Made by a program: the position numbers and the translations under genes. A stretch of DNA of 64,000 nucleotides from Leucoraja ocellata (lineage: Eukaryota). Position 1 is the stretch's first letter. The number at the start of each line of letters is the position of its first letter. The notes beneath the pieces were generated by a model. The model made no database searches. It was not told where the DNA came from and worked only from the letters and a program-made list of their open reading frames with translations. Below, piece by piece: positions 24,488 to 37,905 of the stretch. The stretch covers positions 186,001-250,000 of the forward strand of contig JAWMAR010000388.1 in the NCBI GenBank assembly GCA_036785375.1. Reading direction: 5' to 3'.

Positions 24488-26965
24488 CGGTAGTCGGCGC
24501 GACTCTCGTCAGCAGCGGCCTCTGCAGCCCGTCCGCGTTTTTATTATTTTTGTCTATGTTTCTGTGTAGTTTTTGTTATTTTTTGTTGGGGTGTGTGTGT
24601 GTGGGGGAGTGGGGGTGGGGTGGGAGGGAGGGGGAAACTTTTAAATCTCTCCCTGCTCGGGAGACCCGACCTTTTCTTGTCGGGTCTCCGTTGTCATTGG
24701 GGCTGCAACGAGGTGCGGCCTCCAACAGGAGAAGACCGGGGACTCTGGTGCCGACGACTCACCGTCACCGTCGCGGGGCTGGCCGAGTCCGGATCGGGTG
24801 GAGCGGTGGAGGAGCACTGCTACTGCTGCGTCCCGGCCTCCGGAGATTCGGAGGCTTCAACTGCAGGTCTGGTGGACGGCGGCACCGGGAGCCCGCGGGT
24901 CCCTGGAGGGAGACCGCTTTTCAGGGCTCTTGCAACGGCGACTTCTCCCGCCCAAGTTGCGGGGTCGAAGAGCTCCTGGAGCGGGGCCTGACATCACCGC
25001 CCCGAGCGGCTTGGAATGGACGTGTGACTCTGCGAGCGCACGCCGGGGGCTCTAACACCAAGACCCGGTGTGCGACCTTGCATCACCCGGCGTGGCTTTA
25101 ATGGCCGCGGGACAATCGCCATCGCCAGCCGGGGGCTTTGACTCTGACATCGGGGGGGGGGGGGGAGAGTGCAGTGGAGAGATAAGTTTTTTGGCCTTCC
25201 ATCACAGCGATGTGATGGATGTTTATGTAAATTATGTTGCGTCTTGGGTCTATTTGTAATGTTTGTAATGTATGGCTGCAGAAACGGCATTTCGTTTGGA
25301 CCTCAAGGGGTCCAAATGACAATTAAATTGAATCTTGTATCTTGTATTACAGTGAATACAAGTCCAGTTGACCCCTTCTTTCATCATACGTCAGTTCCGC
25401 CATCCCGGGATTTAACCTGGTGAACCTACGCTGCACTCCCTCAATGGCATGAATGTCATTCCTCAAATTAGGAGACGGTCTCACCAGGGCTCTGTACAAC
25501 TGCAGTTGGACCTCCTTGCTCCTAAACGCAAATCCTTTCGCTATGAAGGCCAACATGCCATTTGCTTTCTTTACTGCCTGCTGTACCTGCATGCTTACTT
25601 TCAGTGACTGATGTACAAGCACACCCGGGTCTCATTGCACCTCCCATTCTCCTAATCTGACACCATTCCGATAATAACCTGCCTTCCTGTTCTTGCCACC
25701 AAAGTGGATAACCTCACATTTATCCACATTATGCTGCATCTGCCATGCTTCTGCCCACTCACCCAACCTGTACAAGATGCTATAAGCCCAGTAGCCACAT
25801 AACATCTTCCTTGCATCCCACACTGCCATCTAGCTTTGTATCACCCACAAATTTAGAGAGGTTACATTTAATTCCCTCGTCTAAATCGTTGATATATATT
25901 GAAAACAATCAGGGTCCCAGCACCGAGCCTTTCGTCACCCCACTAGTCACTGCCTGTCATTCTGAAAACGACCCGTTAATTGCTACTCTTTGCTTCCTGT
26001 CCACCAACCAGTTCTCTATCCATGTCAATACTCTACCCCCAATACCATGTGCTCTAATTTTGCACACTAATCTCTTTTGTTGGACTTTGTCAAAGTCTTT
26101 CTGTAAGTCCAGATACAACACATCCTCTGGCTCTCCCTTATCCATTCTATCTGTTACATCCTCAAAAAATTCTAAAATATTAGTAAAGCATGGTTTCCCC
26201 CATGCTGACTTTGACTGATCCCGTCATTGCTTTCCACATGCGCTGCTATAACATCTTTAATATTCGACTCCAGCATCTTCCCCACTACCGATGTAAGGCT
26301 AACTGGTCTGTAATTCCCTGTTTATTCTCTCTCCTCCTTTCTTAAAAAGTAGAGTTTCATTGGCTACTCTCCAGTCCACAGGAACTAATCCAGAGTCGAG
26401 AGAACAATGAAAAATGATCACTAATACATCCTAGGGTCACCTTCTTGAGGAGTCTAGGACGCAGACCATCAGGCCCTGGGGATTTATCTGCCTTCAGTCC
26501 CAACAGTTTACCTAACACCATTTTCTGACTAATGTGGATTCCCTTCAGATGCTCCCTCCCACTAGATCCTCGGTCCCCTAGTATTTCTGGGAGATTGTTT
26601 GTGCCTTCCTTAGTGAGGACAGAATCAAAGTACTCATTTAACTGCTATGCGATTTATTTTTTTCCCCATTATATATTCACCTGTCATTGACTGTAGGGGA
26701 CCTGCATTCGCTAATCTATTTCTTTTTACATCCCTAAATAAATGTTGACAGTCAGTTATTATATTTCCAGCATTCTTTCTTTCATGCTCTTCCCCCCCTT
26801 AATTAACCCCTTTGTCCTCCTCTGTTGGAGTTCCAAATTTCTCCCAGCCCCCTGATTTGCCGCTTCTTCTGGCCAATTTATATGCCTCTACTTTGGATTT
26901 AACCTTATCATTGTCTTCCCTCCTCAGCCACGGTTAAGCCGCCTTCCCAGTTTTATTCTTTTGGC
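24080..26965 (-). mobile_element. Old CR1 (paralog of the 7338/21130 copy), interrupted by 24488-25347; continues at ~31385-31965
   Basis: Antisense ORFs 25347-25622, 25957-26145, 31385-31642 and 31621-31842. Confidence 0.85.
24488..25347 (+). mobile_element. Non-autonomous GC-rich retroposon with a Rex1-type 3' tail
   Basis: Interrupts a CR1 and has no coding capacity. Ends GCATTTCGTT-hairpin-AATGACAATTAAATTGAATC, like the Rex1 end at 49628-49706. Confidence 0.7.
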
Positions 26966-29900
26966 AGTTCAGGATTAGTCTGGCATCAGTTTGACGAGGA
27001 GGTCGACAAGGTGCTAGAAGCAACTGTGAAGGGAGACGTGGACGGAAGGCTGTGGGCGATGACGACAATCATCATCAGCCTAGTTGTGGAAAGGTTTGGA
27101 GCAGTGGAGAAGAAACCGGCCAGAACACCTTTCGCCATGAACCAACGAGCAACAAAGATCCACAAGATCCAGCAGGAGCTGAAGTCCCTCAAGAAGCAGA
27201 ATAAAGAGGCCAGTGAAGAGCAACGTCCCCCCTTGGCTGAGCTGTGAACTATCCTGAGGAAGAAGCTGATGACCCTCCGTAGAGCTGAGTGGCACCGAAG
27301 ACGCCGGTAGGAAAGAGCCAGGAAGCGAGGAGCATCCTTCATAGCCAACCCCTTCGGCTCCACCAAACAACTACTCGGGCAGAAGCGCAGTGGGAGTTTG
27401 GCTTGCTCTAAGGAGATCGACCGGCACATCCAGACGACCTACAGTGACCCCGTCAGGCAGCAGGAGCTGGGCCAGTGCAACATCCTGATAAAACCACCTC
27501 CACCCATCAAGGTGTTTGATAGTAGGGAGCCACTCCTGAAAGAGGTCCAGGACATTGTGAAGAGAGCAAGAGCTGGCTCAGCCCCTGGCCTGAGCAGAGT
27601 TCCCTACAGGGTCTACAAGAACTGCCCCTTGTTACTGAAACGGCTGTGGAAGATCCTGAAAGTTATCTGGAGGAGAGGGAAAGTGGCGCAGCAGTAGCGA
27701 TTCGCTGAAGGAGTCTGGATCCCAAAGGAAGAAGATTCCAAGAAGATCGATCAGTTCAGGATCATCTCCTTGCTAAGTGTTGAAGGCAAGATCTTCTTCA
27801 GCATAGTGGCGAGGTGGCTGACCAACTTCCTCTTCAGCAATGGCTACATCGACAGCTCAGTGCAAAAGGGAGGCTTGTCTGGAGTGCCGGGGTGTCTGGA
27901 GCACACGGGAGTGGTGACCCAGCTCATCAGAGAAGCCAGGGAGAACAAGGGAGACCTGACTGTGCTCTGGCTTGACCTGGCCAACTCCGACGGCTCCATC
28001 TCGCACAAGCTGATCAAGACAGTCATGGCCAAGCATCACGTGCCCCGTGGGCCAAGTGGCAGATCTCATCCTGGACTATTACAACCAGTTCAGCATGAGA
28101 GTCTCATCAGGGTCAGTAACATCAGTGGCACAGACTGGAGGTTGGGATCATCACAGGCTGTACCATCTCTGTGATCCTTGTTGCCTTGGCGATGAACATG
28201 ATGGTCAAGTCTGCTGAGCCAGAGTGCCGGGGCCCTCGGACCAAGTCAGGAATGCGCCAACCACCAATCAGAGCCTTCATGGACGACCTGACTGTCACCA
28301 CTGAGTCAGTGCCAGGAGGCAGGTGGATCCTGCAGGGGTTGGAGAAGTTGATTGGATGGGCAAGGATGAGGTTTAAGCCAGGAATATCAAGGTGACTGGT
28401 GCTGAAGAAGGGCAAAGTCATGGACAGGTTCCGCTTCAGAACCGAAGGGTCACCAATCCCAACTGTCTCCCAAAGGCCAGTGAAGAGTCTTGGCAAGGTG
28501 TTTAACAACAGCCTGAAGGATACAGCATCTGTCCAGGCAACCTGTCAGGAGCTGGAGAGTTGGTTGAGAGCAGTGGACCGGTCGGGGCTTCCCGGAAAGT
28601 TCAAGGCATGGATTTACCGGCATGGTTTCCTGCCAAGGATACTCTGGCCACTGCTTGTCTACAAAGTCCCAATATCCATCGTAGAGAGATTGGAGAGGAA
28701 AGTCAGCAGCTTTCTCAGAAGGTGGCTGGGACTATTAGACAATATCAGCATAATCCAGTGTTGGTAGTAGTAGTTGAGAGACAATTATTTTTCTCATCTG
28801 AAAGGTGAAACAATTTATATGGCGGTAAAGAATAGCTAGATTACAGCTGAGTTTTTTAGTAATCGTCTCACTATGTTTCGTAAATGAAAGCGTTGGATCG
28901 AGCCAAACACCAAGATATTTGAAGTTCAATACTTGTTCTAATGGTGATCCTTCAATAAATGATATAGTCAAATCTACAGAATTACCAAGGCCTTGTCTGA
29001 TACCAAATAACATACTGCATGATTTATTTTTATTTAAAATTAATTTGTTAAATAATAGCCATTTCTGAACAGAAGTAAGATCTAATTGAAGGGATCTTTC
29101 AATGTCTGATTTGTTAGTACTAGATGTATATAGCACTGCATCATCGGCATATAGTTGTGTTTGACAATCAGAACAGATATTAGGGAGGTCGTTTATGAAA
29201 ATAAAGAAAAGGAGTGGTCCCAAGGACGAACCTTGCGGGACCCCCTTCTCAACAATTAAGAAATTGGATTGACTTCCATTAAAGGTGACACATTGGCGTC
29301 TGTTATGAAGGTACGAGTTAAACCACAGTAGATTGTTTTGAGAAAGACCAATAGAGTAAAGTTTATCAAGCAGTAGATAGTGGTCAACAACATCAAAGGC
29401 CTTGGTTAAATCAAGAAAGATGGCACCGGTGAGTTACCATCCTCAGAAGCAGTGAACACATCGCTGGTGAGTTTTAACAGAGCTGTAGTTGTGGAGTGAT
29501 TAGGTCTGAACCCAGACTGGCATGGAGATAGAATGTTGAAAGTTGAGACATAATGTGAAAGCTGGTTGAACACTAGTTTCTCAAGGATTTTAGCCACCGA
29601 GTTGATAATTGAGATGGGGCGGTAATTGTTAATATCGTGTGGTTCGCCTCCCTTATGCAGTGGAGTAACATTAGCACACTTCCATGCGGAAGGGAGGGTA
29701 TAAGTTGAGAAAGACTAATTAAACAGGTCGCATAGTGGGTACATTAGAATATTAGCTCCTATCTTAGTTAATTTAGGCTCAATACCAGCTGGACCAGCTC
29801 CACAATCATCCTTTAATTCATTAATAGCATGTTGAACGTCAACAGGTTTTATTTTTTGAAAAGAAAAAGAGCTTCTACATGTAGAGGTAGCTGGAAAGTC

Positions 29901-30955
29901 ACATATAATAGATGAGTCAAATACAGTAGAGCTACATACAGTGGAGAAGTGCTGGTTGAAAGCATTGGATATAACAGCAGGGTCCTGAATGATGTCAGTT
30001 GGATTGAGGCAGCAGGGAGCCTGGACAAGGTGGGAGCAGGCCATGGACCGAAAAGTCACATGGACTGAGCTCTGGCAGGCTGAACCACAGCGCATCAAGT
30101 TCCTGGTCCAGGCAGTGTATGATGTCCTGCCCAGCCCATCGAACCTCTTCATCTGGGGCAAAGCGGAATCTCCAGATTGCCCGCAATGCTCAGGCAAGGG
30201 GACGTTGGAACACATCCTGAGCTGTTGCCCAAAGGCTCTTGGGCAGGGCCGGTACACATGGCATCATGACCAGGTTCTTAAACCATTTGCAGAAGCCATC
30301 AGCATGGGAATCAGCAGCTGTAGACGAGAATGGCCCACCACCCAGATGATCACCTCCGTGAAGGCCGGAGTGCAGCTGCCAAGAACCACAGCAGCTAGGA
30401 ATCCGTCAGGAATCCTGGCGACTGCGCAGGACTGGCAGCTTTCCGTAGACCTGGTGAAACAGCTGAGGTTCCCACGGCACATTGCCTGAGGCCAGATATC
30501 CTCCTGGTCTCAGTGACGACCAAAAACATTGTCTTGTTGGAACTGACAGTGCCGTGGGAGGACCATCTGGAGGAGGCCCACGAGAGGAAGATGGCCAAGT
30601 ATGAAGAGCTGGTCATAGACTGCCGCAAGCAGGGCTGGAAGGCAAGGTGTATGCCCATCGAGGTTGGCTGCAGAGGTTTTGCAGGGCAATCGCTCTACAG
30701 AGCCTTGAGTGCAATGGGCATCAACGGAGTGGTGAGGAGAAGGGCCATCAAGAACACCACAGAGGCAGCGGAGAAAGCCTCGAGATGGCTGGATCAGGAG
30801 AGAAGGTCCATGGGGAGGAGCGAATGCCACCTGAACACAAGTCGTGGTCTGATCAACCACAGCTGGGTCGCCTGGGTGAGAGTGTCTGATGTTGAAAGAC
30901 CTGAAACTCCCAATGACCCCAGGTTACATCACTGATGATGTGTTCAGGAGCATCT
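26966..30955 (+). mobile_element. Hero/NeSL-type non-LTR retrotransposon (RT plus restriction-like endonuclease), 5'-truncated and interrupted
   Basis: QKGGLSGVPGCLEH, LDLAN, FMDDL, a CCHC knuckle (CPQC…LEHILSCC), RPDI and ELTVPWE…K motifs; several stops and frameshifts. Confidence 0.85.
28732..29995 (-). mobile_element. Internal RT fragment of an L2/Crack (RSg-1-like) LINE inside the Hero element
   Basis: AT-rich. ORFs carry QSGFRPNHST, GPLLFFIFINDL, YADD, FKYLGVWLD and LDYAD. Neither terminus is present. Confidence 0.8.
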
Positions 30956-30977
30956 ACCGATGTATTTGTATCAATCG

Positions 30978-31383
30978 CCATGGAGCGCAGGAGGATGATG
31001 AGGGGAGATCTTATAGAGGTGTACAAAATCATGGGGGGAAAAGATCGGGAAGATGCCCCGAGACTTGTGCCCAGAGTGAAGGAATCGAGGACCAGAGGAC
31101 ATAGGTTCAAGGTGAAAGGGAAAAGATTTAACAGGAATCCGAGAGATCACGTTTTCACACCAAGGGTGGTGGGTGTATGGAACAAGCTGCCAGAGGAGGT
31201 AGTTGAGGTTGGGACTATCCCATTGTTTAAAAGACAGTTAGATACATTGATATGACATGGATTGGAGGGATATTGACCAAGCGCAGGTAAGTGGGACTAG
31301 TATAGTTGGGACATTGTTGGTTGATGTGGGCAAGTTGGGCCGAAGGGCCCGTTTCCACACTGTAGTACACTATGACTCTGTGA
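30978..31383 (+). mobile_element. CR1 3' fragment (another subfamily)
   Basis: ERRRMMRGDLIEVYKIM…RVVGVWNKLPEEVV. Confidence 0.85.
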
Positions 31384-32539
31384 CTTATCTAAGTTTATCT
31401 AAGCGGTCTTTAAATCTTCGCCATTGCATCTCCACTGTCAACCCTTTAAGTAAAATGTGCCTCTCTCTCCTAGCCAGTTCCCGTCTCATACCTTCAAAGT
31501 CTTTATTCAAGTTCAGGAGCCTAGTCTCTGAATTAACCGTGTCACTCTCCATTCTAATGTGGAATTCCACCATATTATGGTCACAGTTGACCGAGCGGCT
31601 TTGCACAACAAGATCGCTAACTATTCTGTCCTCGTTACACAATAGCCAGACTGCCCTCTAGTCGGTTCCTCTACATATTGGTTTAAAAACCCATCCCGTA
31701 TACATTCCTGGAAATCCTCCTCAGCACTGTTACCAATTTGGTTGGCCCAATCTACCGGTAAATTAAAGTCACTCATGATAACCGCTGTATCTTTGCTGCA
31801 TGCATCACTAATTTCCTGCTTGATGCTATCCCCAACCTCCATCTTGCTGTTGGGGGTCTGTATCCCACTCCAACAAACGTTTTCTGCCCTTGGCTATTTC
31901 ACTGTTCAACACATACTGATTTTACAACATTCAAACTAATGTCTCTCCTTCCTATTGCATTATTGCTTATTGACGTTCAACTTCATCATGAATGATCGTC
32001 CAAAATGTTACGTTTTCCCTGCCACATCTGTGTCTCACTTAATTTTATTAGCCTCAGAACTCGCCGTTAAAGCTGAATTTTTTTTTAAATGAATGTCATT
32101 TCATATTTATTCTGATCCCATTTGATTTCACCTTTCCCCCACATATGATGTGGCTGGAGTCCAACACTCCACCGCTAACAAAGAGCAGGAGCTAACTGAA
32201 CGGAAGCACCTGTGGATTATTTAGAGAAATGAATGTACTGATTCCAGCCCGATGCACAGAGCTGCTGACTGCAAACTAACAACTCCAAGATCTGCCCAGC
32301 AACACATGTCTCGTACCCTCAACTGGTAATAATATTTGGAAGAATCGGACACATGATGATCAGCAATGATTGGGTTGAAGGCTGAACCAGTTTTAAGGGC
32401 CTAATGGCCCACCTTGCTCCAATCGTTAATGTTCATGTCCAGTCATGATCCGTTACTATAATATGTTTCAGTGTACAACACTGTTGTTCATGAAATCGCA
32501 ATTACAAATATTTCTCTGGAGCATGTCCCATGCGCAATA

Positions 32540-32992
32540 ACAATAGACAATAGACAATAGGTGCAGGAGTGGGCCATTCGGCCCTTCGAGCCAGCACCGC
32601 CATTCAATGTGATCATGGCTGATCATCCCCAATCAGTACCACGTTTCTGCCTTCTCCCCATATCCCCTGACTGCGCTATCTTTAAGAGCCCTATCTAGTT
32701 CTCTCTTGAAAGTATCCAGAGAACCTGCCTCCACTGCCCTCTGAGGCAGAGAATTCCACAGACTCACCACTCTCTGTGTGAAAAAGTGTTTCCTAATCTC
32801 CGTTCTAAATGGCTTACTCCTTATTCTTAAACTGTGGCCCCTGGTTCTGGACTCCCCCAACATCGGGAACATGTTTCCTCCATTTAGCGTACCCAAACCC
32901 TGAATAACCTTATATGTTTCAATAAGATCCACTCTCATCTTCTAAACTCCAGAGTTTACAAGCCAGATGTTCCATTCTCTCAGCATATGATA
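32540..32992 (-). mobile_element. CR1 3' fragment
   Basis: ORF 32633-32938; (ATTGTCT)n tail on the minus strand. Confidence 0.9.
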
Positions 32993-33423
32993 AACAGCAA
33001 AACATGGTAAAAATGATGTGTCAGAGAGTTTAAATATGAATAAACGATGATAATTCACCTTGACAATGTCAAATACTTTCAGAATCTGGCAGAACGTAGT
33101 GAGGCTTGACTGGCTTTACGTCTACAGAGAGTGTTACTGACATGGAGAAATTAAATAGAACAACGGACATTCACCAGGAAATCTCTGTGACTGAACTCTG
33201 CTTTCAGGATCTCCCTGTCTCCATCACAAAATGTAGACTACGCACAGACGTCCATTAATACCCGCTGACTCTCAGTTACTTTGACTGCATCCTTCCAATC
33301 TGCCCCTTGTAAGGACACCATCCCTTACTCTCGATTTCTCCGTCTCAGCTACTTCTACTTCTACGATAACATTTTTCACCCAACGACATGCGAAACCTTC
33401 CTTTAATTTCAGTAGCCGTGGTT

Positions 33424-34530
33424 TATTGAATTGAATCCTTTATTTGTCATTCAGACCTTTCGGCCTGAACGAAATGTTGTTGCCTGCAGCCATACATGTA
33501 ATAATAACAACACACAATAAACACAAATTAATATGCACCACAGTGAGTTCACCAAGCACCTCCTCACTGTGATGGAGACAAAAGTCTTAGAGTTACTGTC
33601 TCTTCCCTCCTCTTCTCCCTCTGCGCTGAGGCGATACCCCACCGGGCGATGGTAAGTCAGTCCCACGGTTCAAGCTCCGCGGCCCGGGGGCGGTCGAAGC
33701 TGCCGCCTTCCAGTCCAGCGGACGCAGCTGTTGCCACGGGAGCTCCGGAAAACAGGCATCAACCTGTGACCCGCGAGCTCCCGACGATGTCGTCCACTGA
33801 CCCGCGGCTGAGCCCCGGATTCAGGTCACCGCCGCCAGAACGCTGCCTCAGCCACCGGAGCACCGTCTCCACCCCGCACCGGGCTGCCCCCACGGGAGCG
33901 CCTTCCAGCCCCGCACCGGGTTGCCCCCACGGGAGCACCTTCCAGCCGGGAGCCGGGCTGCCCCCACGGAGCGCCTTCCAGCCGGGAGCCGGGCTGCCCC
34001 CACGGGAGCGCCTTCCAGCCGGGAGCCGGGCTGCCCCCACGGGAGCGCCTTCCAACCGGGAGCCGGGCCGCCCACACCGGAGCACCTTCCAGCCGGGACC
34101 CAGGCCGCCCTCACAGGAGCGCCTTCCAGCCGGTAGCTGCGCCGCCCGCACGGGAGTGTCTCAGCCCCGCGCCGTCCGCCCTCACCGGAGCGCCGAGTCG
34201 TGCCGCTGCCCGAACGCCGCCGCAGCTCGAACACGGCCAGCCTCGCTGGTTCTACCTCTGGATCCTCGAGGTTGGTCACAGGTTGGAGGCCGCCAGCTCC
34301 GCCATTAGGCCTCAGCTCAGGCGGGGGAAGAGAAGGGGGATACGACAAAAAAGTCGCATTCCCCCGAAGGGAGAAACAGAAAGCCCTGTTTCACCCCCCC
34401 CCCCCCACACACATAACACCACCTAATAACCAAAAATGTAACTGAACTAGACAAAAAAACAACACAAAAAAGTAAAAACAGACAGACTGCAGGCGAGCCG
34501 CAGCCGTTTCACAGCACCGCCACTTCTGGA
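33424..34530 (-). mobile_element. Non-autonomous GC-rich retroposon with a Rex1-type tail and an internal 37-bp minisatellite, inserted in a decayed Penelope element
   Basis: Minus-strand 3' end CATTTCGTTCAGGCCGAAAGGTCTGAATGACAAATAAAGG(ATTCA)n. About 7 copies of CCGGGCTGCCCCCACGGGAGCGCCTTCCAGCCGGGAG at ~33880-34135. Confidence 0.7.
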
Positions 34531-35999
34531 AGTGGTGGATTACACCTCCATCCATATCTTCCCTGTGTCTCGCAGTTCTGCTCTCGCTCGCCCTTCCTCA
34601 GACGGAACAAGGATAATGTTCCTCTGGACCTCGCTTTTCACCACACCAGCCTGCACATATAATATATAATTCTCCGACATTTCCAATATCTTCAACGTGA
34701 TCTCATCTCCAGTCGCGTCCAGTCACAGGAAGTGTCATGACAGCAGTCAGGGTTACCGTCGAGAAATACTGAAACAGTGGGAGATGGTGGAAGGTTGCTT
34801 CTCGGACTGGAGGTCTGTGACTAGTGGTGTGCCTCAGGGTTGGGTGCTGGGCCCGTTACTGTTTGTCATCTACATAAATGATTTGGATGAGAACATACAG
34901 GGCAAGATTAGCAAGTTTGCTGATGATACAAAAGTGGGTGGTTTTGCAGAAAGTGAAGATGGTTGTGAAAGATTACACAGAGGGTGATGGGTGTATGGAA
35001 CGAGCTGCCAGAGGAGGTAGATGAGGCTGGGACTATCCCATCGTTTAAGAAACAGTTGGACAGGTACATGGATAGCACAGGTTTGGAGGGTTATGGACCA
35101 AACGCAGGCAAACATAGAAACATAGAAAATAGGTGCAGGAGTAGGCCATTCGGCCCTTCGAGCCTGCACCACCATTCAATATGATCAAGGCTGATCATCC
35201 AAATCAATATCCCATACCTGCCTTCTCTCCATATCCCCTGATCCCTTTAGCCACAAGGGCCACATCTAACTCCCTCTTAAATCTAGCCAATGAACTGGCC
35301 TCAACTACCTTCTGTGGCAAGTGGGACAAGTGTAGCTGGGACATTGTTGGTCAGTGTGGTCAAGTTGGGCCGAAGGGCCTGTTTCCACACTGTATCACTC
35401 TATGTTTCTCTGTCTCTATCTTTCCGTTTCCGCCCCTTCCGTTTTCCAGAGAGACCACATTGTTCGCAGTTGCTTGGTCTGCTCATCTCTCCCCACCGAA
35501 ACCGCTCCATTCCCAAGCATTTCCCCTACATCCACATGGAATGTAACGCCTGGCCCGACAGCTCCTGTTTCACTTCCACCAGCCACACAGGCCGTCGTCC
35601 CAGTTCAGACTGAGATTCACATCTACCTCTGCAGATCATGTGTGCAGCATTTGTTTCCCGAGATGCTCATTCGTGTACATTGGTGAGACCAAGAGTACAC
35701 CAGGCAACCGTTTTGATGACCATTATGCTCTCTCTGTAAAGTTCACAGTCAGTTAAGCTCTGTTTCCCATTCCCACACCGAGCATCTTCCATTGTCAATC
35801 TTGGCCTCACACACAGTGGAGAGCAGCACCCGATGATGATCCGCTTGGATATCTTTCAATGGAACAGTATAAACACCGATTTCTCCAATTTAGAATCATA
35901 GCACCCTGCACACGCTCTCTTCCTCATTCTTGTGCCCATATTTTACTCCCCAGCCCCCAGCTCTCGTCACCTTCGTCATTTAAATTTTAAAAAACTACC

Positions 36000-37215
36000 T
36001 GCGCTACATGAACGACTGCATCGGTGCCACCTCCTGCACCAATGCAGAACTAACTGACCATTAACGTCACAACCAAATTTACATCCTGCACTGAAATTCA
36101 CTTGGACCATCCCCGACATCTCCATGTCGTTTCCAGATCTGACCGTCACCATCACAGGAGACAGGCTATCGACTGACATCTATGACAAACCCACTGACTC
36201 TCATTGCTATCCAGATTCTTCCCAGCGTGTTTCCTGTCAAGACTCTCTGCCTACTCCCAATTCCTCCTCCTACGCCGCATCTGCGCCCATGATGAAGTGT
36301 TCCATACCAGGTCATCCGAGATGTCCTCATTCTTCAGGGAATGGGGATCCCCTCTTCCATTATAGATGAGGCTCTCACTAGGATCTTGTCAACATCCTGC
36401 AGCTCCGTTCTTGCTCTCCCTTCCCCCATTCGTAACAAGGACAGATTCCTCCTTGTCCTCGGCTTCCACCCCATCAGCTGCCGCATATAGCACATAATCC
36501 TCCAACATTTTCGCCATCTCCAACAGGATCCTACTACTAGCCACATCTTCCCATCTCTACCCCTTTCTGCTTTCCGCAGAGACAGCTCCCATCGCAAATC
36601 CTTTGCCAACTCCTCCCTTCCCATCCAGGTACTTTTCCCTGCAACACCTGTCCCTATACCTCCCCATCAACTCCATCCAAGGACCCCAGCAGTTTTGTCA
36701 GGTGAGGCAGAGTTTCACTCACCTCCTTCAACCTCATCTACTGTATCCGCTGTTCCAGGTGTGGATTCTTGTATATCGGCGAGACCAAGCGTAGGTTCGG
36801 CGATCATTTTGAAGAACACCTCCGCTCAGTCCGCCTAAACTTACTTGATCTCCCGGTTGATCAACACTTTAACTCACCCTCCATTCCCACACTGACCTTT
36901 CTGTCCTGGGCCTCCTCCATTGTCAGAGTGAGGCCCAGTGCAAATTGGAGGAACATATGATGCTTGGACAGCTTACACCCCAGCGGTATGAACATTGACT
37001 TCTCTAACATCAAGCAGCTCTTGCTTTTCCTCTCTGGCCATTCCCTTCCCCTTCCCAGTTCTCCCACCGGTCTTGCTGGCTCCAACTACATTTTAACTCT
37101 GTACCGCCCACTCCCCTGACATCAGTCTGAAGAAGCCCGAAACGTCACCCATTCCTTCTCTCAAGAGATTCTGCCTGTCCCACTGAATTACTCCAGCATT
37201 TTGTGTCTATCTTCC
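36000..37215 (+). mobile_element. Penelope-like element (RT C-terminus plus GIY-YIG endonuclease), degraded
   Basis: FPDLTVTITGDRLSTDIYDKPTDSH; YIGETKRRFGDHFEEHLRSV; pLTR end TCTGAAGAAGCCCGAAACGTC. Confidence 0.85.
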
Positions 37216-37389
37216 ACCTATTGTTTGCCAAACTTTTTCCTGCCGCACCCACTCTTTTCCAGTTTTCTCCCCACCCCGACGCAATTACTCAGAAGAAAGC
37301 ATCCCGTTAGGACACGTCATCTGTCCAGCCCCTCCATAGACGTTCATTGGCTCGCTGAAATGCTACATCAGTTTGTGTATTGCTTGAAA

Positions 37390-37905
37390 AGAGGAGATTC
37401 TTGCTATTGAGGGAGTGCAGCGTAGGTTCACGAGGTTAATTCCCGGGATGGCGGGACTGTTGAACGAATGGAGTGACTGGGCTTGTATACTCTGGAATTT
37501 AGAAGGATAAGAGGGATCTTATTGAGACATATAAGATTATTAAGAGATTGGACACGCTAGAGGCAGGAAACATGTTCCCGATGTTGGGGGAGTCCAGAAC
37601 CAGGGGCCACAGTTTAAGAATAAGGGGTAGGCCATTTAGAACGGAGATGAGAAAAAGCTTACCCACCCAGAGAGTTGTGAATCTGTGGAATTCTCTGCCT
37701 CAAAAGTCAGTGGAGGCCAATTCTCTGGATGCTTTCCAGAAAGAGTTAGATAGAGCTCTTAAAGATAGCGGAGTCATGGGGATATGGGGAGAAGGCATGA
37801 ACGGGGCACTAATTGTGGATGATCAGCCATAATCACAGTGAATGGCGGTGCTGGCTTAAAGGGCCGAATGGTCTACTCCTGCACCTAATGTCTATTGTCT
37901 ATTGT
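37390..37905 (+). mobile_element. CR1 3' fragment
   Basis: ORF 37548-37832; ATTGTCT tail. Confidence 0.9.

Noticed and set aside
33649-34348. Several overlapping Pro/Arg/Gly-rich ORFs (also 14371-15073, 24550-25101, 45576-46163)
   Set aside because: Open only because GC-rich repeats lack stop codons; no recognisable domains.
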